Source: an uncultured Azospirillum sp. (GTDB taxonomy: Bacteria > Pseudomonadota > Alphaproteobacteria > Azospirillales > Azospirillaceae). From it: 64,000 nt of DNA. The stretch covers positions 23,115 through 87,114 of the forward strand of contig CBFGPE010000004.1 in assembly GCA_965650625.1 (NCBI GenBank), read 5' to 3'. How positions within the stretch are numbered: position 1 is the first letter of the stretch; every line of letters starts with the position of its first letter. A program made the translations under genes and the position numbers. The notes below the pieces were generated by a model that was given only the letters and a program-made list of their open reading frames with translations, was not told the DNA's origin and did not search any database. This document shows positions 36,636-46,234 of this stretch, one piece after another.

Positions 36636-38155
36636 ACATCCTGATCCCGCTGGCGGCCGCCGACCGCTATTTCTCCGCCGACGAGTTCCACTTCCCCAAG
36701 CCGCTGGTCGAGATCGACGGCCGGCCGATGATCGAACAGGTGGTGGAGCCGCTGCGCGGCTGCTTCCCGGACGCCCGCTTCATCTTCATCGTCAAGGAAG
36801 AGGACTGCCGCCGCTTCAACCTGAACGACGTCCTGCGCCAGATCGCCGGTCCCGAGGCGGTGGTCATTCCGCTCCGCGCCCTGACCAGGGGGGCGGTCTG
36901 CTCCTGCCTGATGGCGATCGAGCATATCGAGAGCGACGAGGAACTGATCGTCACCAACGGCGATCAGGTGATCGAGGCCGACATTGCCGCGGTGGTCCAG
37001 CGTTTCCGGCGGCAGCGGCTGGACGCGGCGGTGATCACCTTCGATTCCGTCCATCCCCGCTATTCCTACATCCGCACCGGCGATGACGGGCTGGTGGTGG
37101 AGGCGGCGGAAAAGCGCGTCATCAGCCGCCATGCCATCGCCGGTTTCTACTACTTCGCCGCCGGCCGGCTGTTCGTCGAGGCGGCGATGGAGTCGATCCG
37201 GCACGACGTGCAGATCGACGGCGCCTTCTACATCGCCCCCACCCTGAACGAGCTGGTGCTGACCGGCCGCCGGGTCGGCCATTGCCCGGTCTCCGCCGAC
37301 CGCTACCACAGCTTCTATGCGCCGACGCTGATCCCGCAGTACGAGCGCCTGCTGCAGGGCCGCCGCCTCGCCGGCAACGCCGGGACCGGCACCGGGCCGA
37401 AGCGGCTCAACGTGCTGATCCCGATGGCCGGGCGCGGCAGCCGCTTCGCCCGCGTCGGCTACGCCAAGCCCAAGCCCTTCATCGATGTCGCCGGCCGCAC
37501 GATGATCGAGCGGGTGCTCGACAATCTGGCGATCCCCGGCGCCCGCTACATCCTGATGGGCCGGCGCGAGCATTTCGAGGCGGAACCGGAGCTGGCCGCC
37601 CAACTGGAGGCGCGGCCGGACGTGGTGCTGTGCCCGGTCGACCTGGAGACGGAGGGCACCGCCTGCACCGTCCTGCTCGCCCGCGGGCTGATCGACGGCG
37701 ACGAGCCGCTGCTGATCGCCAATTGCGACCAGATCGTCGATTTCGACTGCCGTTCCTACATCGACGACGCCGTGCGCCGCGGGCTGGACGGCTCCATCCT
37801 GGTGTTCCGCGACAGGGACCGCGACCCGAAATGGTCGTTCGCCCGGCCGGGCGAGGACGGGCTGGTCCGCGAGGTGCGGGAGAAGGTGGCGATCTCCGAT
37901 CTGGCGACGGTGGGCATCTATCATTTCCGCACCGGCCGGATCTTCATCGACGCCGCCGTCGACATGATCGCCCGCAACGACCGGACCAACGGTGAGTTCT
38001 ACACCTGCCCGGTCTACAACTACGCCATCGCCGCCGGGGCGCGGATCGGCGTCTTCGAGATCCCCGCCGGTGCGATGCATGGCCTCGGCACGCCGGAGGA
38101 TCTGGAGCGCTATCTGGCCCGGGACACCTCGGCTGATGGGGTTGGCACCCCGTGA
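36632..38155 (+). CDS. Tandem (two-domain) sugar-phosphate nucleotidyltransferase-like protein
   Basis: Two NTase-like halves: NILIPLAA...PKPLVEIDG...NGDQ, and NVLIPMAGRGSRF...PKPFIDV...NCDQ...LGTPEDL. GTGA overlap. Confidence 0.8.
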   Translation: MNILIPLAAADRYFSADEFHFPKPLVEIDGRPMIEQVVEPLRGCFPDARFIFIVKEEDCRRFNLNDVLRQIAGPEAVVIPLRALTRGAVCSCLMAIEHIESDEELIVTNGDQVIEADIAAVVQRFRRQRLDAAVITFDSVHPRYSYIRTGDDGLVVEAAEKRVISRHAIAGFYYFAAGRLFVEAAMESIRHDVQIDGAFYIAPTLNELVLTGRRVGHCPVSADRYHSFYAPTLIPQYERLLQGRRLAGNAGTGTGPKRLNVLIPMAGRGSRFARVGYAKPKPFIDVAGRTMIERVLDNLAIPGARYILMGRREHFEAEPELAAQLEARPDVVLCPVDLETEGTACTVLLARGLIDGDEPLLIANCDQIVDFDCRSYIDDAVRRGLDGSILVFRDRDRDPKWSFARPGEDGLVREVREKVAISDLATVGIYHFRTGRIFIDAAVDMIARNDRTNGEFYTCPVYNYAIAAGARIGVFEIPAGAMHGLGTPEDLERYLARDTSADGVGTP

Positions 38156-38874
38156 ACGCCATCATCCCGCTGGCCGGACCGGACTTCATCCATCCCCGCT
38201 TCGGCATCCGCCCACTGGTCGAAGTGGAGGGCGAGCCGCTGGTCCGCCGGGCGATCACCGGCCGCCCCTGGTGGCGCGACGGAACGCTCGGCCCCGCCGA
38301 TCTGGTGTTCGTCCTGCGCGATGTGCCGGAGGCGCAGACCGTCCAGGGCTTCCTGACCGACTGGTTTCCCGGCTCGCGCAACGTGCGCCTGTCCGACCTG
38401 ACCGGCGGCGCCCTGCTGTCCGCCCTGGCCGGAACGGCCCTGCTGGCCCGCCCGGCGGCACCGGTCTGCGTCGATCTGGTCGACATCCTCTATGATGGCC
38501 CGGCAATGGCCGGCCTGTTCGCCGATCCGGCGGTGGGCGGCGTCCTGCCCTGCTTCCAGTCGGACGAGCCCTGCTACAGCTATGCCGAGATCGCTGCCGA
38601 CGGCTCGGTGGTTCGCACGGTGGAGAAGCGGGTGATCTCCTCCCACGCTTCGGCCGGCACCTATCTGTTCCGCGACGCTGCCCTGTTCCTGCGCGCCGCC
38701 GCCTATTCGCTGGAGCATGCCGACGCCCTCGCCCACAAGGGGGCGCTGTTCCTCTGCCCAGCGATGAACGGCGTGATCGCCGAGGGGCTGCGGGTGCTGC
38801 CGGTTCCGGTCGACAACGTCCGCCCGGTCAGCAAGAGCTTCGCCGAGCCGGCCGGGAAGGACACCGACGCATGA
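38152..38874 (+). CDS. Nucleotidyltransferase-like protein
   Basis: NAIIPLAG, VEKRVISSHASAGTYLF. GTGA overlap. Confidence 0.7.
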   Translation: MNAIIPLAGPDFIHPRFGIRPLVEVEGEPLVRRAITGRPWWRDGTLGPADLVFVLRDVPEAQTVQGFLTDWFPGSRNVRLSDLTGGALLSALAGTALLARPAAPVCVDLVDILYDGPAMAGLFADPAVGGVLPCFQSDEPCYSYAEIAADGSVVRTVEKRVISSHASAGTYLFRDAALFLRAAAYSLEHADALAHKGALFLCPAMNGVIAEGLRVLPVPVDNVRPVSKSFAEPAGKDTDA

Positions 38875-39992
38875 TCGCTCCCCGCGACGTCTCGGTGGTG
38901 GTCCAGGGGCCCTGGAGCCCGGACCAGACACCGCAGGCCCTGGCCAGCGTGCGCGCACATCTGCCGGGCGCGCAGATCGTCCTGTCGGTGTGGAAGCAGG
39001 GCCCGGAGTTTCCGGCCCATGCCGTGGACGCCGACACCGTTCTGCTGAACGCCGATCCGGGGGCGGTCGACCTGCGCGGCCTCCTGCATCCGGACATCGA
39101 GCATCGGACGGCGACCGCCTCCTCCAACTTCAACAGGCAGGCGAACTCCACGCTGGCCGGCCTGCGGCTGGCCGACCGCCCCTATGCGCTGAAGCTGCGC
39201 ACCGACATGGTGCTGGAGCATGCGGGCTTCCTGGCCTATCCGGCGCTGTTCCGGGGGATCCCGGCGCCGATGCGGGTGTTCGACGAGCGCATCGTCACCA
39301 CCAACGCCCGTTGTCCGCAGCGCTCCTTCGCCATGTTCGTGCAGGATTTCTGCTCCTTCGGCCGGACGGAGGACATGCGGCTGCTGTGGGAGGCCGAGCG
39401 CCATCCATCGCGCGAGGCGCTGCTCGCCATGCCGCGGGAGGAGCGGGAGGAACGGGTGCTGGTGCCGGAACAGCAGCTGGTGGTCTCCGCCCTGCGCCGC
39501 CGGCACGAGGTGCCGATGCCGAACGCGCTCGCCGGCGGCCCGGCCCTGGCGGAGCTGACCGAACGGGCGGTGGCGGGGAACTTCGTCTGCCTGGATGTCC
39601 GGCGCTTCGGCGTGCGCACGCTGAAGCCGTCGCTGGACTGGGTCAACAGCGCGGATGCGATGCGGCTGTCCTGGCTGTGGATCCTGCGGGCGGGCTACGA
39701 GGAATATCTGTCCTGGTGCCGGCGCCATTGCGGGGAGGCCGTGGATGCCCTGATCGCGGCGTGCGGCGACGGCTACGCCTCCGCGATGGAGGATGTCGCC
39801 CTCAAGCGGCGGCTGGTGACCGGCCCCAATGCCCTGGCGCCACAGCCGCTGTTCGACGAAGCCCTGCTCTGCTGCCTTGCCGGGCGGGGCGACGATGCCA
39901 TGAACGGGGCGATCACCCTGCATCGCGCCGGCCTGCGCGATCCGGCGCTCCACCGGCTTTTCGAACGGCTGGGGCACCGGCTGCCGGGATAG
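38871..39992 (+). CDS. wavE: WavE lipopolysaccharide synthesis family protein
   Basis: DVSVVVQGP, NFNRQ..STLAGL, YALKLRTD, DFCSFG..EDM, and PEQ. Confidence 0.7.
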   Translation: MIAPRDVSVVVQGPWSPDQTPQALASVRAHLPGAQIVLSVWKQGPEFPAHAVDADTVLLNADPGAVDLRGLLHPDIEHRTATASSNFNRQANSTLAGLRLADRPYALKLRTDMVLEHAGFLAYPALFRGIPAPMRVFDERIVTTNARCPQRSFAMFVQDFCSFGRTEDMRLLWEAERHPSREALLAMPREEREERVLVPEQQLVVSALRRRHEVPMPNALAGGPALAELTERAVAGNFVCLDVRRFGVRTLKPSLDWVNSADAMRLSWLWILRAGYEEYLSWCRRHCGEAVDALIAACGDGYASAMEDVALKRRLVTGPNALAPQPLFDEALLCCLAGRGDDAMNGAITLHRAGLRDPALHRLFERLGHRLPG

Positions 39993-39999
39993 TGCCGAT

Positions 40000-41736
40000 T
40001 CAGGCGGCGGGCCCGCCGCATTGCTCCTCGCACCAGCGGCGCCACATCAGCCGGTAGGCGCTCTCCAGATTGCGCATGAAGCGCGCCTCGTCGCACAGCG
40101 CCGAGGTCCGGACCCGCTCGCGCATGCCCATCCGCAGCCGCATCAGCCGGCCGAGGTCGCCGGCCAGTTCGGCGGCGATGGCGGCATAGCGGTCGGGGGT
40201 GGCGGCGACCAGCTCCGGCAGGCCGATGGAGGCCATCAGGCTGGAGCCGACGCGGGCGGCATGCCGTCCCCCCGCCAGCGTGACCAGCGGCGCCCCCATC
40301 CACAGCGTGTCGCAGGTGGTGATGGTGCCGTTGTAGGGGTGCGGATCCAGCGCGATGTCGATCCGGTTGTAGGCGGCGAGATGGCCCGCCGCGTCCTTGA
40401 TGAAGCCGACGAGGTCGAGCCGGTCCGGGTCGATGCCGGCGGCGGCGAAACGCCCCCGCAGCCCGGCGGCGGTGCCGGGATCGGACAGCGGCCGGTCCTT
40501 CAGCAGCAGGCGGGATTTCGGCACCCGCCGCAGCACCTCCGCCCACAGCTGGACCGTCTGGTCGGTGATCTTGGACAGCTTGTTGAAGGAGCCGAAGGTG
40601 ACGTGTCCGGTCGCTCCGGCCGGCAGCGGCACCACCGCCGGCGCATCGGACGGCGGACGGAAGCACAGGAAGGGCGGCGGCAGCCGCACCAGCGTCTCCA
40701 CCGCATGGCCGTCGGTGGAGCCGACCGGATCGCTGACCGGATCGACGATGCGGTAGCCGACCGTCTCCATGCCGGTGCCGTTGGGATAGCCCAGCCACGT
40801 CACCTGCACCGGCGCCGGCCGGTGGGCCAGCATCGGCAGCCGGTTCAGCCCGGAATGGCCGGCGAGGTCGACCAGGATGTCGATGCCGTCGGCCCGGATC
40901 AGCCCGGCGAGGGCGGCATCGTCCAGATGGCCCACCGTGCGCCAGCCGTCGGCCTGCGCCTTGAAGCGGGCGGTGTAGGCGTCGGCATGGGTGTCCGGCA
41001 GGATCGAATAGCAGACGATCTCGAAGCGGCTGCGGTCGGCGGCCTCGAACAGCGGCGTGAGGAAATAGGCGCCCAGATGCTCGCGGAACTCGACCGACAG
41101 GTAGCCGATGCGCAGCCGCCTCTCCGGGTCGGGTCGGTTGACGTGGGCCGCCGGTGCCGCGGCCGGCCGGCCGAAGCGCTCATCGAAGCGGCGGTGCTCG
41201 GCCAGCAGCCGGTCGCCGGGAAGCTCGAGGTAGTTCAGGCAGAGCAGCCGCTGGCTGGCGATGCGCGGATCGCCGGGAGCCAGCCTTTCGGCCCGGCCGA
41301 AACACAGGGCCGCCGCCGCCGCCTCGCCGCGCATCTGCCGGACCACGCCCAGGTTGAACCACAGGTTGGCTTCCTGGTTCGGGTCGGCCTGGATCGCCCG
41401 GCTCCACAGCCGCACCGTCTCGTCCAGCCGGTCGTTGCCGTAGGCGTCGCCGCCCAGCCCGACCCAGGGCCTGGCGTAATCCGGCCTGAGAGCCAGGGCG
41501 CGGCGCAGCGCCGCCACCCCCTCGGCAGGCCGGCCGAGTTCGCCCAGGACGAAGCCCAGGTTGTTCCACAGGTCGGCCGCCATGCCGTCCCCGGCCAGCA
41601 GCTCGCGGTAGAGCGACGCGGCCTCCTCCAGCCGTCCGCCGACGAAGGCGTCGAGCGCCCGGCGCTTCAGGGCTTCTCTTGAGGATGGAGGAGCGGAAGA
41701 CGGCTGGGCGGCGGAGGGAACGGTGGGCAGGGACAT
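40000..41736 (-). CDS. Second TPR + O-GlcNAc transferase-like (GT41) protein
   Basis: RLRIGYLS, VDLAGHS, QVTWLGYPNGTG, FGSFNKLSKI, and LDPHPYNGTITTCDTLWMGAP. TGATG overlap with gmhA. Confidence 0.9.
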   Translation of the reverse strand: MSLPTVPSAAQPSSAPPSSREALKRRALDAFVGGRLEEAASLYRELLAGDGMAADLWNNLGFVLGELGRPAEGVAALRRALALRPDYARPWVGLGGDAYGNDRLDETVRLWSRAIQADPNQEANLWFNLGVVRQMRGEAAAAALCFGRAERLAPGDPRIASQRLLCLNYLELPGDRLLAEHRRFDERFGRPAAAPAAHVNRPDPERRLRIGYLSVEFREHLGAYFLTPLFEAADRSRFEIVCYSILPDTHADAYTARFKAQADGWRTVGHLDDAALAGLIRADGIDILVDLAGHSGLNRLPMLAHRPAPVQVTWLGYPNGTGMETVGYRIVDPVSDPVGSTDGHAVETLVRLPPPFLCFRPPSDAPAVVPLPAGATGHVTFGSFNKLSKITDQTVQLWAEVLRRVPKSRLLLKDRPLSDPGTAAGLRGRFAAAGIDPDRLDLVGFIKDAAGHLAAYNRIDIALDPHPYNGTITTCDTLWMGAPLVTLAGGRHAARVGSSLMASIGLPELVAATPDRYAAIAAELAGDLGRLMRLRMGMRERVRTSALCDEARFMRNLESAYRLMWRRWCEEQCGGPAA

Positions 41737-42320
41737 CAGACCAGTCGGGCTTCGACCTGTTCGCACAGATAATGGTACAGGCAGATATGGACCTGCTGGA
41801 TCAGCGGGGTGGAGCGCGACGGCACGTCGAGCAGGATGTCGCTCAGGGCCGCCATCTTGCCGCCGCCCTCGCCGGTCAGCGCGATGGTGGTCATGCCCAG
41901 GCTCTTGGCCACCTCGAAGGCGGCGATGACGTTGCGCGAATTGCCGCTGGTCGAGATGCCCAGGATGACGCCGCCCTGCTCGCCATAGGCCTCGGTCTGG
42001 CGGGAGAAGACGGTGTCGTAGGAATAGTCGTTGCTCCAGGCGGTCAGCACCGCCGGGTTGGAGCTGAGGCAGATCGCCTTCAGGCCGCGGCGCTCCTTCA
42101 GGAAGCGGCCGACCAGCTCGCCGGTGATGTGCATGGCGTCCGACGCCGAGCCGCCGTTGCCGCAAACCAGCAGCGCCTTGTTGGCGCCGAGCGCCGCGGT
42201 GACGGCGGCGATCGCCGCCTCGACCCGGGCGGGATCCAGGCTGTCCATGGTGCGCTGCAGGACATCGATGGCGGCGGTGAAGCAGCCGTGCAGGGCGGCG
42301 GCGGAGTCCTGAGAGGCCAT
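41736..42320 (-). CDS. gmhA: Sedoheptulose-7-phosphate isomerase (SIS domain)
   Basis: CGNGGSASDAMH, TAWSNDY, GISTSGNSRNV, LTGEGGG, and IQQVH. Confidence 0.9.
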   Translation of the reverse strand: MASQDSAAALHGCFTAAIDVLQRTMDSLDPARVEAAIAAVTAALGANKALLVCGNGGSASDAMHITGELVGRFLKERRGLKAICLSSNPAVLTAWSNDYSYDTVFSRQTEAYGEQGGVILGISTSGNSRNVIAAFEVAKSLGMTTIALTGEGGGKMAALSDILLDVPSRSTPLIQQVHICLYHYLCEQVEARLV

Positions 42321-42544
42321 GGGCGGAACACCTTTGTGCTGAGGCGGACGATATGGGGCGGGCATGAGGGGGGCTCGAGCCGGAGGCGGCCTGGACGGTC
42401 TCCCTTCCGGTGCGCAGTGCATCCTACGGATCACCGTTGCCTGTCAACCGGGCGCCACGCAATGACCGCTTTGCCGCACCGGGCGGAAAGCCTATTTTCC
42501 ACCGATGCTCCCGAAAGCGGGAGAGTGGATGGCGGAACTGGCCC

Positions 42545-43099
42545 ATGACAACGCGAACGGTCCGACTGGGCCCCCTCAGCGTGAAGATGTATTGCGCGAT
42601 CGGCATGATCGCCGTGTCCTGGGCCCAACTCGAGGACATGGTCTCGCTGTGCATCTCGCGCCTTCTCGGCACCGACCATACCGATTTCCTTCCCATCGCC
42701 TCCAACATGCAGGTCAAGGCCCGCTTCGACGCGCTGAAGACCATCGCCACCCTGCGCCTGCCTGCCGACGAGGCCAAGGCGCTGATCGCCCGCTGCGACG
42801 AGGCGCTGGAACTGGGGCGGGAGCGCAACAAGATTCTGCACGGCTCCTGGATCCAGGGGGAGACCGACGACGTCGCCATCCGCCTGAACTACCGCGCCCA
42901 TGGCCGCGTCTCCGCCAACGCCCCGGTCATCTCCGCCCGCGAGATCGCGGAGATCAGCGACCGCATCACCATGCTGACCGAAGGCTTCGCCCAGATCCTG
43001 CAGCGGCTTGGCCTGCTCGATCCGAAGAATCCGATGCGAAGCCCGGCGCGCGCCGCCGGGGGCGATGGCGGCAAGCCGCGGGAGGCGGTCGAGGACTGA
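42545..43099 (+). CDS. Hypothetical alpha-helical protein with HEPN-like RxxxxH motif
   Basis: AIGMIAVSWAQLE...ERNKILHGSW; helical profile. Confidence 0.6.
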   Translation: MTTRTVRLGPLSVKMYCAIGMIAVSWAQLEDMVSLCISRLLGTDHTDFLPIASNMQVKARFDALKTIATLRLPADEAKALIARCDEALELGRERNKILHGSWIQGETDDVAIRLNYRAHGRVSANAPVISAREIAEISDRITMLTEGFAQILQRLGLLDPKNPMRSPARAAGGDGGKPREAVED

Positions 43100-43150
43100 G
43101 GCGCTCCCGATCGCCGTTTCCCCTGCCGCCGCCCCCTTACCGCCGCCCCC

Positions 43151-44464
43151 TTACCGCCAGGGATCGAACGTTTCCAGGGCGGCGTTGCCGGGGGCGGGCC
43201 GCAGCAGCATGCGCGGGGACGGGTTCAGCGCCGCGGCGGTGGCGGCGAAAGACCCGGTGCTGATCGCCAGGATGTCGGAGCGGGTCAGGACGTGGAAGTC
43301 CTGCAGATAGTCCAGCCCCTCCCACTGGATCGGGAAGTCGTCCTTCGTCACCGGGGAGAAGCGGGCGAATTCCGGCACCACCTTCGGCTCGTCGGTGGCG
43401 ACGAACAGGACCGGGTCCTCCAGCGTCGGCCACAGCCCGTCCAGCCAGTCGAGATAGAGCGACAGCGGCGTGTAGTCCTGGTTCCACCAATCGGTCTGGC
43501 GGATATGCACGGCGACCAGGGTACGGCCACGGCGGCGCAGCATCTCCACCGGCGGTTCCAGAAAGCGGTCCCAGCAGGGGCGCGGGGTCAGCCAGGACAG
43601 GATGTCAGCCCGCCGCTCCTTCACCATCGCGTCGACGGGCGAGCCGCCCAGGAACAGGTCGCGGTCGCGGAGCGGATTGGCCACCCGTTGCGCGAAGCCG
43701 TCGGCGAACTCCCTGCGGCTGCGCAGCCAGCCCTGGAATTCCGGCAGGACCGCCGGATCGAGCCGCGGGTCGTCGAGGTCGAAGAAGGCGTGGCCGACCC
43801 AGTCGGGGGTCAGGAACTCCATGCCGTAGGTGTCGGCATAGAGGCGGACGGCGACATACTCGTTCACGGTCTGGGCGAAGCGGCCGTAATTGCCGAGCGA
43901 GGCCATGCTGAGCCAGGGGCGGTCGCGCCTTGGCTCCCGCCGCCGGTTCCATCGGGCGTCCGGCGCCAGCGAGCGGTCGAAGCGCATCAGCGAATAGGCG
44001 ATGTAGGCCGGCGAATAGTTGTTCTTCAGCTCCACGGCCCGTTCCAGCAGCGCATAGGCGCCGTCCGCGTCCCCCTTGGCCCTGAGCACCTCGGCAAGCC
44101 CGGTCATCGCCTCGGCATAGTCGGACCGCGCGCCCATGGCGCTGCGGAAGGCCAGTTCCGCCCGGTCCAGCTCCCCGGACAGCAGCAGGGCGATGCCCAG
44201 GTGATGGATGGTGTCGGGGGAGGCCGGGTTCCGGCGCAGCGCGAGGCTCAGGATCGGCACTGCGGCCGCCGGGTTCCGGGCCTTGTAGGCGGCTATGCCC
44301 TTGACCAGCAGCGCACCGGCGTCCTCCGGGGCAGCCTCCAGGATGCGGTCGCAGATGGCGCTGCTGATGTCGAGCCATCCGGAATTGCAGTAGTCGAGCG
44401 CCTGCCGCACGGCATCGGGCAGGGACAGCCGCTGCCCGGCGATGGTTTCGATCCGGATGGACAT
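43151..44464 (-). CDS. TPR + GT11-like (alpha-1,2-fucosyltransferase-like) protein
   Basis: TPRs, LGNYGRFAQTVNEY, VAVHIRQTD, FVATDE, and DFHVLTRSD..IS.GSF. Confidence 0.7.
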   Translation of the reverse strand: MSIRIETIAGQRLSLPDAVRQALDYCNSGWLDISSAICDRILEAAPEDAGALLVKGIAAYKARNPAAAVPILSLALRRNPASPDTIHHLGIALLLSGELDRAELAFRSAMGARSDYAEAMTGLAEVLRAKGDADGAYALLERAVELKNNYSPAYIAYSLMRFDRSLAPDARWNRRREPRRDRPWLSMASLGNYGRFAQTVNEYVAVRLYADTYGMEFLTPDWVGHAFFDLDDPRLDPAVLPEFQGWLRSRREFADGFAQRVANPLRDRDLFLGGSPVDAMVKERRADILSWLTPRPCWDRFLEPPVEMLRRRGRTLVAVHIRQTDWWNQDYTPLSLYLDWLDGLWPTLEDPVLFVATDEPKVVPEFARFSPVTKDDFPIQWEGLDYLQDFHVLTRSDILAISTGSFAATAAALNPSPRMLLRPAPGNAALETFDPWR

Positions 44465-44629
44465 GACGGTTCCGAAGGCTCTTGCTAAAGGGCTACCCCG
44501 CATGGGTCGGCCTGACTTGCACCCTTGTCCGCGAGGGGTCAAGTTGCCTCGTTGCAAAGCCTCAAGATTTCACCGATCTTCCCGGCCGTTTCGCCAGCAC
44601 CCGTCCCGCTCCAGGATGCCAGTTCCGAC

Positions 44630-46234
44630 ATGACCTCGATCCAAGACATCCTGAAGAAGGCCGTCGGCCTGCATCATGGCGCGGAAGCCGGCCGCGCGGC
44701 GGCGCTCTACCGTTCCGTCCTGGCGCTGGAACCCGCCCAGCCGGATGCCCTGCATCTGCTCGGCCTGCTGGTCCGCCGCGACGGCAGGACGGCCGACGGA
44801 GCGCTGTTGATGGCGCGCGCGCTGCTGCTGGAGCCGATGCATTCGGGGGCGCTCCTCAACCGCGCCCTTACCCTGCAGCAGCTCGGGAAACTCGACGAGG
44901 CCGCGGCGCATCTCCGGCGCAATCTGGAGCTGGATCCGACATCCGACATCTCCCTGCCGCGTCTGGCCTATGAGGCGCTCGCCTGCGGGCGGCTGGCCGA
45001 GGCGGGCCGGCTCCTCCGCCGTTCCGCCGTCCTGCTCGGCGGCGGCGGGACCGCAGCCGACCGGCCGCGCCGTGCGCTGCAGCGTCATGCCATCGCCCGC
45101 GCCCTGCGCGAGGATGCGGAGGACCCGACCCTGCCGCCGGGGCTGGTGGTGCGCGGGGTGTTCCGCGACAGCAGCGGCTATGCCTTCGCCGTCCGCCGTT
45201 TCGTCAGGGGGCTGGTGGAGGCGGGAATCCGGGTCCGGCTGGTCGACCTCAACTATGCCGACACCGACAATCTTCCTGACGACCAGATCGATCCGCTGCT
45301 GTTCACGCTCGACCGGCCGGTGCGGGCGAAGGCGGTGCTGACCGTCACCACCCCGCCGGCGGTGGAAGCCGTTCCGGGGCTGAAGACCATCAATTACACC
45401 ATGTTCGAGGCCCTCGACATTCCGCCCCTGTGGGCGGCGCAGAACCGGCGCCATGACCATGTCGTCGTCGCCACCGGGTCCTCGCGCGAGGCGTGGCTGC
45501 GCGCCGGCCACCCGCCGGACCGCGTCCATGTCAGCCCCGCCGGCGTCGACGCGGTGGAGGCCGGCAGCATTCCCCCCTCGGCCATCGTCGACAGCGCGGG
45601 CCGCCGGCTGTCCGATTACCGGGTGCGCGTCCTCAACGTCTCCGACTTCAACGACCGCAAGAACCTGGACGGGCTGCTGCGGGTCTGGCTGGGCACGACG
45701 CGGGCGGAGGATTCGGCGGCCCTGCTGCTGAAGGTCGGCAAGGGCGGCGGGGTTTCCGGCGGCATGCGCGATCTGCTGGCGCGGGTGTCGGCGCAGACCG
45801 GCCGGACGCTCGCCCAGGCGGCCCCGGTCTTCCTGGTGGAGGGCAAGCTGTCCGACGCGGACATGATGGGGCTGCATGCCGCCTCCACCCATTACTGGAG
45901 TATGTCGCACGGCGAGGGCTGGGACCTGCCGATGGCGCAGGCCGGCGCCATGGGGCTGACCCTGCTGGCGCCCGACCACAGCGCCTACCACGCCTATCTC
46001 GACGGCCGGGTGGCGCACATGATCCCCAGCCCCGTCACGCCCGGCATCACCGCCTATGCCGGCCAGGACTGGTGGAGCCCCGACGAGGGCGAGGCGGCCC
46101 GGCTGCTGCGCGCGGTCATCGACGACCCCGACGGCACCCGCCGCTCGGCGCAGGCCCATCTGCTGGAGCATTTCAGCTGGCAGGCCGCCACCCGCCGCCT
46201 GATCGACCTTCTGCGGGAGCTGGACGCGCTGTGA
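44630..46234 (+). CDS. TPR + GT4-like glycosyltransferase
   Basis: TPR N-terminus, SGYAFAVR, YTMFE, RKNLDGLL, and SHGEGWDLP. Confidence 0.85.
   Translation: MTSIQDILKKAVGLHHGAEAGRAAALYRSVLALEPAQPDALHLLGLLVRRDGRTADGALLMARALLLEPMHSGALLNRALTLQQLGKLDEAAAHLRRNLELDPTSDISLPRLAYEALACGRLAEAGRLLRRSAVLLGGGGTAADRPRRALQRHAIARALREDAEDPTLPPGLVVRGVFRDSSGYAFAVRRFVRGLVEAGIRVRLVDLNYADTDNLPDDQIDPLLFTLDRPVRAKAVLTVTTPPAVEAVPGLKTINYTMFEALDIPPLWAAQNRRHDHVVVATGSSREAWLRAGHPPDRVHVSPAGVDAVEAGSIPPSAIVDSAGRRLSDYRVRVLNVSDFNDRKNLDGLLRVWLGTTRAEDSAALLLKVGKGGGVSGGMRDLLARVSAQTGRTLAQAAPVFLVEGKLSDADMMGLHAASTHYWSMSHGEGWDLPMAQAGAMGLTLLAPDHSAYHAYLDGRVAHMIPSPVTPGITAYAGQDWWSPDEGEAARLLRAVIDDPDGTRRSAQAHLLEHFSWQAATRRLIDLLRELDAL

Noticed and set aside
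43127-43156. 14-bp direct repeat cgccgcccccttac x2 between convergent genes
   Set aside because: A short local duplication at a gene end that does not disturb the reading frame.
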